A DNA stretch of 61,076 nt from an uncultured Pelagibacteraceae bacterium. Lineage in GTDB: Bacteria > Pseudomonadota > Alphaproteobacteria > Pelagibacterales > Pelagibacteraceae. The stretch covers positions 1-61,076 of the forward strand of contig CACDES010000001.1 of NCBI GenBank assembly GCA_902551865.1, given 5' to 3'. The notes under the pieces are model-generated. The model was given only the letters and a program-made list of their open reading frames with translations. It was not told the DNA's origin and did not search any database. The stretch's first letter is position 1. Every line of letters starts with the position of its first letter. The translations under genes were made by a program, and so were the position numbers. Of this stretch, positions 51,775 to 61,076 are shown piece by piece.

Positions 51775-52809
51775 TTATGCAGTTCTGTAATCTTTATTCT
51801 CTTTTTGGAAAATAATATGTTTTTTTTCCCTTAGAATAATACACCCTCCTAGTGTGAACTTTGCATTTTTTTTCTCTTTAATCTGATTGATCAAGTTAAT
51901 AATCTTTTTTGATCTAGTCGCATAATACGAATGGGTAAAATCTTTAATTGTTTTCTTTAAGACCATCACTTTCATTTCTTGGTTAATATTGTGAAAGTTT
52001 TTTAGATCCATATAAATTTTGTTTTTTTTCTTAACAATTATATCTTTATAAATTTTGTTGAAATAAAAATCTAAAGTATCACGGCTTGATGCTAGATTTT
52101 TAATTGACTGAAAGATTTTATCATAATTTATCCCGCTCATTTCAAGTGGTTTTTTTAAATTTCTTATTCTAGTCCTTAAATATTTAGTATTTTTATTTGT
52201 TGGATCTTTAAAATACCTACCAAAGATAATTTTAGAAATTTTTATTAGCTGGTTCTTTTTAAAATCTAGTAAAGGTCTTATTAAGCTTATATTGCCATTA
52301 ATCTTATAAATTTGTTTCATAGAAGAGAGCCCTTGTAAACCACTACCTCTAGACAGTCTGATAAAAAATGTTTCTACTTGATCTTCAAGATTGTGAGCAG
52401 TTAGAATTGTTTTAATCCTTTTTTTTTTACAAAAATTTACAATAAGATCATATCTAATTATTCTTGCTTCACTTTGAATATTTTTTGTTATCTTTTTTGT
52501 ATTTTTTAAAACATTCAGTTTGATTTGATGTTTTTTTAATAATCTTTTTACAGACTTTGCCTCATTAGAGGAGTTTTTTCTAATATTATGATCAACTAAA
52601 ACATAATAAATTTTACATTTATTTTCATAACTATAAGCTTTTGATAAAGCCGTTAAAGCTAAGCTATCCGGTCCACCTGATACAGCTACTAAGAAAAAAT
52701 TTTTTTTTAAAGATTTTAATTTTTTTTTAAATGAGGAATAAATGTGAGATAACTCTTCGTTATTTTTAAAGCAATCCTTAAGAATTACATTTGAATTTTT
52801 TTTGCTCAT
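51775..52809 (-). CDS. tilS: tRNA(Ile)-lysidine synthase
   Basis: AVSGGPDS PP-loop, VDHNIR, AHNLEDQVET, IRPLL, DPTN; cpoB-tilS-ftsH synteny. Confidence 0.92.
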   Translation of the reverse strand: MSKKNSNVILKDCFKNNEELSHIYSSFKKKLKSLKKNFFLVAVSGGPDSLALTALSKAYSYENKCKIYYVLVDHNIRKNSSNEAKSVKRLLKKHQIKLNVLKNTKKITKNIQSEARIIRYDLIVNFCKKKRIKTILTAHNLEDQVETFFIRLSRGSGLQGLSSMKQIYKINGNISLIRPLLDFKKNQLIKISKIIFGRYFKDPTNKNTKYLRTRIRNLKKPLEMSGINYDKIFQSIKNLASSRDTLDFYFNKIYKDIIVKKKNKIYMDLKNFHNINQEMKVMVLKKTIKDFTHSYYATRSKKIINLINQIKEKKNAKFTLGGCIILREKKHIIFQKENKDYRTA

Positions 52810-53740
52810 ACTGAGCTTTTTGTAACACAGACTTGGTTGCTTTTGGATATTCTTTTTTTACTCCAGATATCATTTTGCAGCCTTGATCTTTTTCACCAAG
52901 TTGAACCATAGTAATACCAAGTTTCAAAAGATTGTCTGGAGCTTTTTTACTTTTAGGATAATTTTGATATCCATCTAAATAAGCTGTAGCTGCATCAGAG
53001 TATAGTTGTCTTATCCTGAATGTCTCGCCGTACCAATATTGAGCGTTGCCCGCTAAATCATGATCTTTATTTTTTTCAATAAATTCTTTTAACGCAAATT
53101 CTGCAGTTTCATAATCTCCTATTTTCATAAAACTTACTGCAAACTCATATTGTTCTTGGGGAGGTTTATCTGGCAGCAGAGATTCTCTTTTTTCTGCCTC
53201 TTCTAAAATTACTGTTTGAGCACTTTCAATTGAGCTAGTTTGTTGTTCTTCCGGTAAATTAGAAACAGAATATCCTGGATTTGCACCAAAGTCTGCTGGT
53301 TGGCTAGATCCTGGTAAAACTTTTTTTGTTTTTTTTTTTTTATTTTCAGCACCTAAATTTTCAAGATCAGAAAATCTTAATTGATTGTCTGATTGAATTT
53401 TTGTAACACGTGAAGATAATTTATCTAATTTAAAATTAACTTCTTCAAATTTATTAGTAAGTTCTCTAAATTGTTCTTCTATTTCATTTAGCTTTAAAAG
53501 ATGTTTTGTTAAAATATCTTCGTTGATCTCACTAGAATTTATTGAAGTAGAATTTAAAGATATAACGTCAGATTTTTGATAGACTGCTTTTTCTAGTGTT
53601 TTTAAATCTTTAGTTAAAACTTGAATTTGATCAGCGACTGCTTGGATTAATACTTCTTCCTCCTCAGCTTTAAGAAAAGAATGTGATAAAGCTAATAAAA
53701 GTATAAAAAAAATTAAGAAATTTTTTTTAATCAAATCCAT
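52778..53740 (-). CDS. cpoB: Tol-Pal system protein CpoB/YbgF
   Basis: Signal peptide, coiled coil, TPR with AGNAQYWYGE and KAPDNLLKLG; downstream of pal. Confidence 0.88.
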   Translation of the reverse strand: MDLIKKNFLIFFILLLALSHSFLKAEEEEVLIQAVADQIQVLTKDLKTLEKAVYQKSDVISLNSTSINSSEINEDILTKHLLKLNEIEEQFRELTNKFEEVNFKLDKLSSRVTKIQSDNQLRFSDLENLGAENKKKKTKKVLPGSSQPADFGANPGYSVSNLPEEQQTSSIESAQTVILEEAEKRESLLPDKPPQEQYEFAVSFMKIGDYETAEFALKEFIEKNKDHDLAGNAQYWYGETFRIRQLYSDAATAYLDGYQNYPKSKKAPDNLLKLGITMVQLGEKDQGCKMISGVKKEYPKATKSVLQKAQYEQKKFKCNS

Positions 53741-53767
53741 GATGAATCTTTAAATATACAAGATGGC

Positions 53768-53808
53768 AAAAAAAAGACCCTTTAATAGTGTATTTATTAA
53801 AGGGTCTT
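53768..53808 (-). terminator. Rho-independent terminator after pal
   Basis: 14-bp IR AAGACCCTTTAATA-N7-TATTAAAGGGTCTT; the plus-strand poly-A gives a U-tail on the minus strand. Confidence 0.85.
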
Positions 53809-53823
53809 AAATTTTAAATAAAA

Positions 53824-54300
53824 TTAATTTACTTTTACTGTTACTGATCTTCTATTTTGAGACCAAGCTAGAGTACTTGACGCTGGATTAACAGGTTTTT
53901 CTTTTCCGTAGCTTATCACGGTAATTCTTTTTCCTGAAATTCCGTAAGTCATTAAATAGTCTTTAGCTGCATTTGCTCTTCGCTCACCTAAAGCTAAGTT
54001 ATACTCTCTTGTTCCTCTTTCATCAGCATGACCTTCTATTGTTACATTAAGCTTTTTATTTTTTCTTAGATATGTTGCTTGCTTTCTAAGAGTTGCTCTT
54101 GATGCTGTTGTTAGAGAAGATTTGTTCGTAGCAAAAAATACTCTGTCTGGAACTCCAGATGCTAAATATTTTACTGTTTCTTTTCCAGTATATACATCGC
54201 CATCCAAGTCTCCTGATTTTTTAGCTGTTGAACAAGCGCTTAAAATTAACGTTGTAAAAATTACTAAAAATATATTTTTTAAATTCTTATTAAGTATCAT
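53824..54300 (-). CDS. pal: Peptidoglycan-associated lipoprotein
   Basis: Lipobox LSAC; EGHADERGTREYNLALGERRA OmpA-like motif. Confidence 0.97.
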   Translation of the reverse strand: MILNKNLKNIFLVIFTTLILSACSTAKKSGDLDGDVYTGKETVKYLASGVPDRVFFATNKSSLTTASRATLRKQATYLRKNKKLNVTIEGHADERGTREYNLALGERRANAAKDYLMTYGISGKRITVISYGKEKPVNPASSTLAWSQNRRSVTVKVN

Positions 54301-54377
54301 TTTTTCCCCTGGGTTGATTGTTGAAATATTTCAAATTATTAAACATTATTCAAGCTTAAATTACATAAAAAATACCC

Positions 54378-55715
54378 TCACTTTGATAATAAAGAAGACC
54401 AAGATGGGTCTGAAGCGTCTGTTTTTGTGGTCAGCTTTCTCTCGTTATAGCCTGTAATATCTATTGACCAAAGCGTAGCTGAAAATCCTTCTCCCTTAGA
54501 ACCAGCTTTTGTCTCTCTATAGAAAACTAAAACTCTTCCATTTGGAGACCAAGATGGAGCCTCTTGATAATAATTTTCTGTTAATAATCTTTCTCCTGAA
54601 CCATCAGTTCTCATTACTCCAATATAAAATCTTCCTTTTCGCATTTTCGTAAAAGCTATTAAATCCCCTCTTGGAGACCAAACTGGCGTTCCGTAAATTC
54701 CTTTTCCAAAAGTAATTCTTTTTACATTGCTACCATCACTTCTCATAACATAAAGTTGTTGAAGGCCGCTTCTATCAGAATTAAAAGCAATATATTTTCC
54801 ATCTGGAGAAAAAGATGGCGACGTATCAATTGAAGAATGATTTGTTATTCTCTCAACAACTCTAGTTTCTAAATCCATTGTATAAATATCTGAATTACCA
54901 TCTTCAGCAAAACTCATTATTATTTTTTTTCCATCTGGAGAAAATCTAGGAGCAAATGTCATTCCTGGAAAATTTCCAACAACTTCTTGCTTACCTGTTT
55001 CTATATCTAACAAATAAACTCTGGGCATATTTCTAAAGTAGGAAAGATATGTAATCATTTGATTAGTTGGATTAAATCTTGGAGTTAATACAAGTTCATT
55101 TCCTAATGTTAGGTATTTTGTATTTGCACCATCTTGATCCATAATAGCTAATTTTTTTACTCTTTCACTTTTTGGTCCTTCTTCTGAAACATAAATAATT
55201 CTTGTATCGAAATACCCTTCTTCCCCTGTTAAGCGCTCATATATTTTATCAGATATTATGTGAGCAACTCTTCTCCAGTTAGAGGGTGTTGTGGTGAAGG
55301 CCAAAGCTGTCATTTCTTTAGCTGCTGTTAAATCCCAAAGTCTAAATTCTACTTTTAATTTTCCATCTTTAACTAATAACTTTCCGGTAACTAGTGCCTG
55401 CGCTTTGATAAGTCTCCAATCTTCAAATCTTGGTTTAAGATGTGCAATATCAGGTTTTTGAACAAATGCTTCTTTTTTTAATGGATTAAACAATCCTGTA
55501 TTTTTAAAATTTTTCTCAATTATTTCAGAAATATTGTTACCTAATTCTTTAACTTTTACATCTTCATGCTCGACTGATTTTACATCAACATATAAAGGCG
55601 AAACAGCAATTGGCAAAGGATCTAAATTACCTCTAGTAATGTCAACCTCTATTAAAGCATATAAATAATTCAGAGAAATAAAATATAATATAAAAGCTAA
55701 AAATATTTTTTTCAT
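54378..55715 (-). CDS. tolB: Tol-Pal beta-propeller protein TolB
   Basis: [23 protein letters not shown]; repeated PD40 (P.FSPDG) units. Confidence 0.96.
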   Translation of the reverse strand: MKKIFLAFILYFISLNYLYALIEVDITRGNLDPLPIAVSPLYVDVKSVEHEDVKVKELGNNISEIIEKNFKNTGLFNPLKKEAFVQKPDIAHLKPRFEDWRLIKAQALVTGKLLVKDGKLKVEFRLWDLTAAKEMTALAFTTTPSNWRRVAHIISDKIYERLTGEEGYFDTRIIYVSEEGPKSERVKKLAIMDQDGANTKYLTLGNELVLTPRFNPTNQMITYLSYFRNMPRVYLLDIETGKQEVVGNFPGMTFAPRFSPDGKKIIMSFAEDGNSDIYTMDLETRVVERITNHSSIDTSPSFSPDGKYIAFNSDRSGLQQLYVMRSDGSNVKRITFGKGIYGTPVWSPRGDLIAFTKMRKGRFYIGVMRTDGSGERLLTENYYQEAPSWSPNGRVLVFYRETKAGSKGEGFSATLWSIDITGYNERKLTTKTDASDPSWSSLLSK

Positions 55716-55716
55716 A

Positions 55717-56523
55717 CTATCCTTTTAACATTTCTGTTGGATTGAAATTTAACTGCATTTCCTTCCACTTTTCATATCCAGTTGGTGGAACTTTAAGAGG
55801 CTGACATAGTCTTACTGCTCTTAAAGCACTTTCAGCCAATACTTTATAAAATTTTTGTCCAGGTCTATTCATTCTTTGGTGATCCAAAATTTCAGATTTC
55901 ATTACTGTTCCATCTTTTTTAAGTTTGAGTTTAATTCTAACTAATAAATCTTCATCATAAGGCAGTCCAAGAGGCACACTCCAGCAACCAAATATTTGAG
56001 CTCTTAAAGCATCTTCCTCTGATAATGTTAAACCAGTCGCAAAAGAATTCTTAACACTGCTTTGAGTTAATTTGTCTATTTTATTTTTTTTAACTGCCTC
56101 CTCTTCTTTGGCTTTATCAATTAAAGCAGCTATTTGATTTGTATCTATAATTTCTTTTTTTTCAAATTCTGAAGATTGTCTAATTTGAGGTTCTATTTCT
56201 TCAGGATTTTGTTTTTTTTTAATTATTTGTTTTTCTTCTTTTTTTTCATCTGGTAAAGGAATTCTGTCAGGTTTCTCTTTTGCTTTTGCTGCTGGTGGTG
56301 CTTGTTCAGAAACTACCCTTTCTTCCTTTTTTTTTGTTTCTTCGATAATTTTTCTAGCTTTAGGAGCAAATGGAATATTTGTTTTATCCGAAATTTGTAT
56401 TAACTCAACAGAAACTATAGGAGGTAAATCTACTGGTTCTCTAATCATGAATGGTAAGGTTAAAACGGTTAATAAAATCATAACCGAGTGAAATATTAGA
56501 GAATAAATTAAACTTTTTGTCAT
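55717..56523 (-). CDS. tolA: TolA-like cell envelope integrity protein
   Basis: N-terminal TM with SxxxH, charged linker, C-terminal QIFGCW...AESALRAV..C; located between tolR and tolB. Confidence 0.85.
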   Translation of the reverse strand: MTKSLIYSLIFHSVMILLTVLTLPFMIREPVDLPPIVSVELIQISDKTNIPFAPKARKIIEETKKKEERVVSEQAPPAAKAKEKPDRIPLPDEKKEEKQIIKKKQNPEEIEPQIRQSSEFEKKEIIDTNQIAALIDKAKEEEAVKKNKIDKLTQSSVKNSFATGLTLSEEDALRAQIFGCWSVPLGLPYDEDLLVRIKLKLKKDGTVMKSEILDHQRMNRPGQKFYKVLAESALRAVRLCQPLKVPPTGYEKWKEMQLNFNPTEMLKG

Positions 56524-56530
56524 TTATCAT

Positions 56531-56944
56531 TTAATTTTTGTATGGCTCAGATATTAATGCAACTTTTGAAAAACCTGCGCCAGACAATGTGCCCATAACT
56601 TCTAAAACTCTACCATAATTGATAGTTTTATCTCCTCGAACATAAATTCTTGTATCAGTTCTATTTTTTGCAATGGCTAAAAGTTTTGGAACAATTTTTT
56701 GATAATTTACTTTATGCTCTTGAATATAAACTTCACCTTTTGAATTAATAGTTATTGTCAAAGGCTCTTGATCATCAGGTAGAGAGTCTGCTGCCGACTC
56801 TGGCAAATCAACTTGAACTCCTACTGTTAAAAGTGGCGCTGTTACCATAAAAATAATTAATAAAACTAACATAACATCAACAAATGGAGTTACGTTAATT
56901 TCACTCATGGGTTCGTTTCTTGAGCGATTAAATTTAAAAGCCAT
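56531..56944 (-). CDS. tolR: TolR
   Basis: SEINVTPFVDVMLVLLIIFMV, RGDK. Confidence 0.95.
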   Translation of the reverse strand: MAFKFNRSRNEPMSEINVTPFVDVMLVLLIIFMVTAPLLTVGVQVDLPESAADSLPDDQEPLTITINSKGEVYIQEHKVNYQKIVPKLLAIAKNRTDTRIYVRGDKTINYGRVLEVMGTLSGAGFSKVALISEPYKN

Positions 56945-56947
56945 TTT

Positions 56948-57628
56948 TTATATAATTGATAAAAATCTTTTTGAGAAATTATCTATTTTAGAAATATATC
57001 TTTTCGAATCACTGTTAAATTTATTATAAGCTACTACTGCTGGTATCGCTGCCAATAAACCTAGAGCAGTTGCAAACAATGCTTCTGCAATACCAGGTGC
57101 TACTATTGCCAGACTTGTATTTCTGGAAATTGCAATTGATTGAAAAGAATTCATAATCCCCCAGACCGTTCCAAATAATCCTATAAATGGTGCTGTAGAA
57201 CCTACAGTTGCGAGAAAAGTAAAATGTTTTTCTATTTTTTTGATTTCATTATCTGTAGCAATTTCTAAAATACGCTCAACCCTTGCTGCTTGAACTGCAG
57301 ATGATTGTCTTTTTGTTTTAATAACTTCATTCATCGCTGTTTTAAAAATTCTTGTCGCTGGATCTTTTGAATTAGCGGGAAGATTATTATTAAAACCTTC
57401 TGCAGACTTTGCTTTCCAAAATTTTTTTTCGAAATCCTCTGTTGAAGCATTAATACTTTTAAATAATTTAAATTTATCAAATATTAATGCCCAAGAAAAT
57501 ATTGAACTTAAAATTAAAAGAATGATAACGAATTTAACAACAAAATCAGCCCTTAAAAAAAGTTTCCATAAAGAAAAGTCTGAGCTTCCGCCTAAACCAA
57601 CAACTTGAGCTGCTATTTCTTGTTCCAT
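56948..57628 (-). CDS. tolQ: TolQ
   Basis: LATVGSTAPFIGLFGTVWGIM, APGIAEALFATA. Confidence 0.96.
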   Translation of the reverse strand: MEQEIAAQVVGLGGSSDFSLWKLFLRADFVVKFVIILLILSSIFSWALIFDKFKLFKSINASTEDFEKKFWKAKSAEGFNNNLPANSKDPATRIFKTAMNEVIKTKRQSSAVQAARVERILEIATDNEIKKIEKHFTFLATVGSTAPFIGLFGTVWGIMNSFQSIAISRNTSLAIVAPGIAEALFATALGLLAAIPAVVAYNKFNSDSKRYISKIDNFSKRFLSII

Positions 57629-57697
57629 TGGAGTTAGATACTTTTAGAATGTGTCATGAATTTGGCGCTTTGAAAATTAAATATATGATTTATTTAT

Positions 57698-58189
57698 TTA
57701 ATTACCTTCATTTAATCTAGTCTCACTATAAAATCTTGCTATTAAAATAGCGTCTGATTTGTTTACATCTTTCTTTCTTGCTAGGTCATCAGACAATGAA
57801 GGATACATCTCTATTGCTTTAGTTCTACTTGAGTCTTTTGATGAATTTATCAATTCAAAGTGTTTTTTCCATTTTGATGGTCTTACAAAAAAAATTGGTA
57901 ACCCTAAAGCTGCACATACACCTTTTATTGCTCCAAAAGTTTGGCCAAAATTAAACATACTAGTAACTCCCTGACCAGGCATTGCATTCACTTGTTCAAC
58001 TACTACAGAAACTTCTTCATTTTCTGAAATATTGTCTTTCAGTAATTTTACTAATTGAGCGCTATTAAGTTGTCTTTTATTTTTTTTTCCTTCAGACATT
58101 ACTGGTATTTCAAAAATATTTAGTACTTTATTGTTCTCTAAAATAGCTATTGCTCCACTTAATCCTGGGTCAATTCCTATAATTTTCAT
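57698..58189 (-). CDS. RuvC-superfamily Holliday junction resolvase, MOC1/phage-like subtype
   Basis: IIGIDPGLSGAIA; VEQVNAMPGQGVTSMFNFG; VRPSKWKKHF; KDSSR..A..YP; LARKKD..SDAILIA. Confidence 0.8.
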   Translation of the reverse strand: MKIIGIDPGLSGAIAILENNKVLNIFEIPVMSEGKKNKRQLNSAQLVKLLKDNISENEEVSVVVEQVNAMPGQGVTSMFNFGQTFGAIKGVCAALGLPIFFVRPSKWKKHFELINSSKDSSRTKAIEMYPSLSDDLARKKDVNKSDAILIARFYSETRLNEGN

Positions 58190-58917
58190 AATTTAATGTT
58201 TTCCAGATTAGCATTTGTATAAATATTTTGAACATCATCTAGCTCTTCCAAGGACTCTAATATTTGCAAAATTTTTTCACTTTTTTCTTTATTTAAATCT
58301 AAATAATTAAAAGGTCTCCATTCTATGCCAGAATATTGGAAATTGTCTAATTTCTTTTCAAATTCACTTTTAACTTTATAAAAATCCTCTTTTTCAGAGA
58401 TCACTTCATGATAGTTATCTAGATTACGACAATCTTTAGCTCCAAAATTTGTGGCCATTTCAAATATTTCCTCTTCACTAAATTTTTTTTTGTCTATATG
58501 AAGAATTCCACAGTTATAAAACAAATGAGTAGTAGACCCTAACTCACCAAGTCTGCCTTCGTTTTTTTGCAAAACTGTCCTTATACTTGAAGCAGATCTA
58601 TTTTTATTATCTGTTAATGTTTCAATTATAAGAGCGATATTAAATGGTCCAAAACCTTCGTATCTTAAATTTTCATAGTTTTTTTCGCTACTCATTTCAG
58701 ATTTGCTTATTGCTCTAAAAATATTATCTTTAGGCATATTTGCCTGCTTAGCAGCTTGAATGGCTGTTCTTAACCTTGGATTCATATCAGGATTCTTGTC
58801 TCCTAATTTAGCAGAAACTGTAATTTCTCTTGAAAGCTTTGAAAAAATTTTTGATCTTTCTTTATCAGCACGACCTTTTTTATGTTTAATTCCAGCCCAA
58901 TGTGAATGACCCGCCAT
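58186..58917 (-). CDS. yebC: YebC/PmpR (TACO1) family protein
   Basis: MAGHSHWAGIKHKK, NPRLR, NMPKD, YEGFGP, TDNKNR, LDDVQNIYTN. Confidence 0.95.
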   Translation of the reverse strand: MAGHSHWAGIKHKKGRADKERSKIFSKLSREITVSAKLGDKNPDMNPRLRTAIQAAKQANMPKDNIFRAISKSEMSSEKNYENLRYEGFGPFNIALIIETLTDNKNRSASSIRTVLQKNEGRLGELGSTTHLFYNCGILHIDKKKFSEEEIFEMATNFGAKDCRNLDNYHEVISEKEDFYKVKSEFEKKLDNFQYSGIEWRPFNYLDLNKEKSEKILQILESLEELDDVQNIYTNANLENIKL

Positions 58918-58919
58918 AT

Positions 58920-59726
58920 TTATTTAATTAAACTTCCGCCTTCAATTAATCTAGTTATTTTTTTTGCCAAGCCTGTATTATGATCTGCTTCAATAATTAT
59001 TCCTGATAGTGTAGCCTCTCCTTCAGAAGGAAAATGTTCGGTTGAATCTTTAGATTTAAAAAATCTTTTTAGTGAATTTTCTTTATTCATACCAATCACA
59101 GAGTTATAATCTCCACACATACCAATATCAGTTTGATATGCCGTTCCCTTTTCTAGAATTCTTGTATCTGCAGTGGGCACATGTGTGTGAGTTCCAACTA
59201 CTCCCGTTGATGATCCGTCAAAAAAATGTCCGATTGCCATTTTTTCACTTGTAATTTCACCGTGAAAATCAACTACAATAAAATCAACATTATTTTTTAA
59301 TATAATCTTATCTTTAATTGCTTTTGCTACTTCAAAAACATCTTTTGTTTTTCTCATAAAAACATTTCCCATTAAATTTATCACTCCAACTTTAAATTTA
59401 TTATCTTTTGTCATGTAAATTCCATAACCATTTCCGGGTGAACCCTCAACAAGATTTGCCGGCCTAAGTAGTCTACTTTCTTTATCTATATATTCGGTTG
59501 TTTCTTTTTTGTCCCAAATATGATTTCCAGAAGTAATGACATCAATTCCCTGCAAAAAAAATTCTTCTGCTATTGGCTTTGTAATACCTCTTCCATCATC
59601 AGCTGCATTTTCTCCGTTGATAATAGTAAAATCTATTTCATTATCATTAATAATTTTAGATAAGCTCTTTTTGATTGCTTTTCTTCCAGCGGGACCCATG
59701 ACATCACCCAATACAAGTATCTTCAT
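58920..59726 (-). CDS. YmdB-like metallophosphoesterase (TIGR00282)
   Basis: GDVMG, NGENAA, TSGNH, DFHGEITSEK, GTHTH, TDIGMCG. Confidence 0.92.
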   Translation of the reverse strand: MKILVLGDVMGPAGRKAIKKSLSKIINDNEIDFTIINGENAADDGRGITKPIAEEFFLQGIDVITSGNHIWDKKETTEYIDKESRLLRPANLVEGSPGNGYGIYMTKDNKFKVGVINLMGNVFMRKTKDVFEVAKAIKDKIILKNNVDFIVVDFHGEITSEKMAIGHFFDGSSTGVVGTHTHVPTADTRILEKGTAYQTDIGMCGDYNSVIGMNKENSLKRFFKSKDSTEHFPSEGEATLSGIIIEADHNTGLAKKITRLIEGGSLIK

Positions 59727-60280
59727 TAAACGAAACCTTTCTCAGTTAAAATATAATCTAGTTTTATATCATTATTGAACACTGGAAGCTTATGATGTCT
59801 TTGAAATGAAAAAGCAATGCCTATTGTCAAAATATTATTATATGTTTTTAAATATTTCTTAAGATACCGATCATAAAAACCTCCTCCATATCCTAATCTA
59901 TTATTTTTATTATCAAATGCTAACAATGGTATTAACATAATATTTGGAACGATATTTTTGGATGATTTAAAGGGCTCAAGCATTCCAAATTTATTGATTT
60001 GTAATACATCATTCTTTTCCCATTTATAAAAATACATTGAATTTTTTCCAGTGACTACGGGTAAAAATACTTTTATTTTATCAGAAGAAATTAAGTCGAA
60101 TAATTTAAGAATATTTACTTCAAAAGAAGAAGGATAATAGCTAGATAAATTAACTTCTTTTTTCTTATATCTTTTTTTTATCAGTTTAATTAATGGATTA
60201 AAAAAACTAGTGTTTATATCAAAATATTTTTTTTTTCTGATAAAAAAATATTTTTTTCTTAATCGATCTTTGGTCTGCAT
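59726..60280 (-). CDS. ygfA: 5-formyltetrahydrofolate cyclo-ligase
   Basis: FGMLEP, IPLLAFD...RLGYGGGFYDR, DIKLDYILTE. Confidence 0.93.
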   Translation of the reverse strand: MQTKDRLRKKYFFIRKKKYFDINTSFFNPLIKLIKKRYKKKEVNLSSYYPSSFEVNILKLFDLISSDKIKVFLPVVTGKNSMYFYKWEKNDVLQINKFGMLEPFKSSKNIVPNIMLIPLLAFDNKNNRLGYGGGFYDRYLKKYLKTYNNILTIGIAFSFQRHHKLPVFNNDIKLDYILTEKGFV

Positions 60281-60727
60281 TTACTGAACTTTAGAAATTG
60301 ATTCAGTGTTTGAAAGTATTTTTTCTAGAGATTTTGTTGTCTTATCTAACATTGACTCATAAAGACTATTGTTTTCCTCAATAGTTTTTTTAAAATTATC
60401 TAATTCATTGTTTAGTTTACCAATTTCTTTATCTTTTCCTTCTTTATATTTTATGGCTAATCTCTTTAATTCTTTGAATTTGTCTCCTAGATCATCTAAT
60501 TTTTTCTTTTGTTGATTTACTCTTTGTTTTAAATCAAAATATTCATCAATTAATTGTATTGTGGTAATCAATAAAAGTTTATTTTCTCCAATATTTCCTA
60601 ATTTATCTTTTAACTCGTTATATTTCTTATCTAAAAACTGAGTTAAACTTTTTAATGACTCTTCTTGTCCATCATCACAAGATAAAAGATAATCCTTATT
60701 ATTAAACTTGATGTTTACGTTTGCCAT
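60281..60727 (-). CDS. zapA: Cell division protein ZapA with extended coiled coil
   Basis: VNIKFNNKDYLLSCDDGQEESL...LGNIGENKLL...LIDE. Confidence 0.88.
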   Translation of the reverse strand: MANVNIKFNNKDYLLSCDDGQEESLKSLTQFLDKKYNELKDKLGNIGENKLLLITTIQLIDEYFDLKQRVNQQKKKLDDLGDKFKELKRLAIKYKEGKDKEIGKLNNELDNFKKTIEENNSLYESMLDKTTKSLEKILSNTESISKVQ

Positions 60728-61038
60728 TCTTCAATTTCACTCACCAAATTTTCTGTTTCTTGACTAAGTTCCTCGATATCTTGATTAAATTTGTCTTCCA
60801 TATTTGATTTTTTATTAATTTCTTCCTGAAGATTTGCCACCTTTTCCTTTAAATATTTATGTTCTCTCATTAATTCTTGATTTTTTTTTTCAATTTCTGA
60901 TTTCTGTCTAAGTAATTCATTTTTTTCAGTTTTTATATTCTGTGTTTTGTAAGAAGAATGTGAATAAGTTGATGTCAAAGCATTCAATTTATCTATTAAC
61001 TCATTTAAATTTTTTTCTTTTTTTTCTAAAATACTCAT
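60715..61038 (-). CDS. Coiled-coil protein upstream of zapA (ZauP/ZapB/DUF4164-like position)
   Basis: Heptad-rich 107-aa ORF overlapping the zapA start; this position is typical of the ZapA partner in alphaproteobacteria. Confidence 0.55.
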   Translation of the reverse strand: MSILEKKEKNLNELIDKLNALTSTYSHSSYKTQNIKTEKNELLRQKSEIEKKNQELMREHKYLKEKVANLQEEINKKSNMEDKFNQDIEELSQETENLVSEIEEWQT

Positions 61039-61076
61039 ATATTTCTTTTATATCATATTATTGATATACTTAGTTT

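Noticed and set aside
53318-53345. Long poly-T runs in cpoB, with similar A/T homopolymers elsewhere, as phase-variation tracts
   Set aside because: The reading frames are intact and encode Lys-rich linkers, which are common in this AT-rich genome.
57698-58189. RuvC-like ORF as a TnpB/Cas12/IscB-type RNA-guided nuclease
   Set aside because: It is only 163 aa, with no zinc finger, HTH or WED region, no flanking ncRNA space or IS ends, and it sits at the chromosomal ruvC position.

Overview
Very AT-rich, extremely gene-dense bacterial chromosome segment. Gene content, synteny and the proteorhodopsin sequence point to a Pelagibacterales (SAR11) alphaproteobacterium; this is recognition, not a database result. 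Most of the window is core genome: guaB(partial)-rlmE-pssA-psd, icd, alaS, recA, dksA, fdx/FNR, blue-tuned proteorhodopsin, prpE, pyrC, ygfZ, nadA-nadC, sppA-glyQS-ppdK, ispB, pdxH, aroC, xseB-ispA-dxs, sua5, rluD-rpoH, the tol-pal-cpoB-tilS-ftsH-folP-glmM-thiD-purA run, and zapA-ygfA-ymdB-yebC. There are two tRNAs, Leu(GAG) and Arg(TCG). I see no CRISPR array, integrase, transposase or prophage, and I cannot support a large novel system. The most interesting signals are smaller. (1) A MOC1/phage-type Holliday-junction resolvase sits alone where ruvC-ruvA-ruvB-ybgC normally lie. (2) There is no room for 6S RNA between zapA and ygfA. (3) A duplicated tRNA-Leu 3' end is followed each time by an unannotated hydrophobic micro-ORF. 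(4) A tRNA-Arg(UCG) flanks a 2OG-oxygenase/FkbM/GT17 cassette that runs on from an ABC-2 exporter operon. (5) An 11-bp-period LexA-like/GANTC array and a hairpin lie upstream of the GFA-kinase-TolC genes. (6) An ALDH-DUF779 cassette sits between recA and alaS. (7) The proteorhodopsin leader is structured and a 44-aa membrane micro-ORF lies downstream of the gene.
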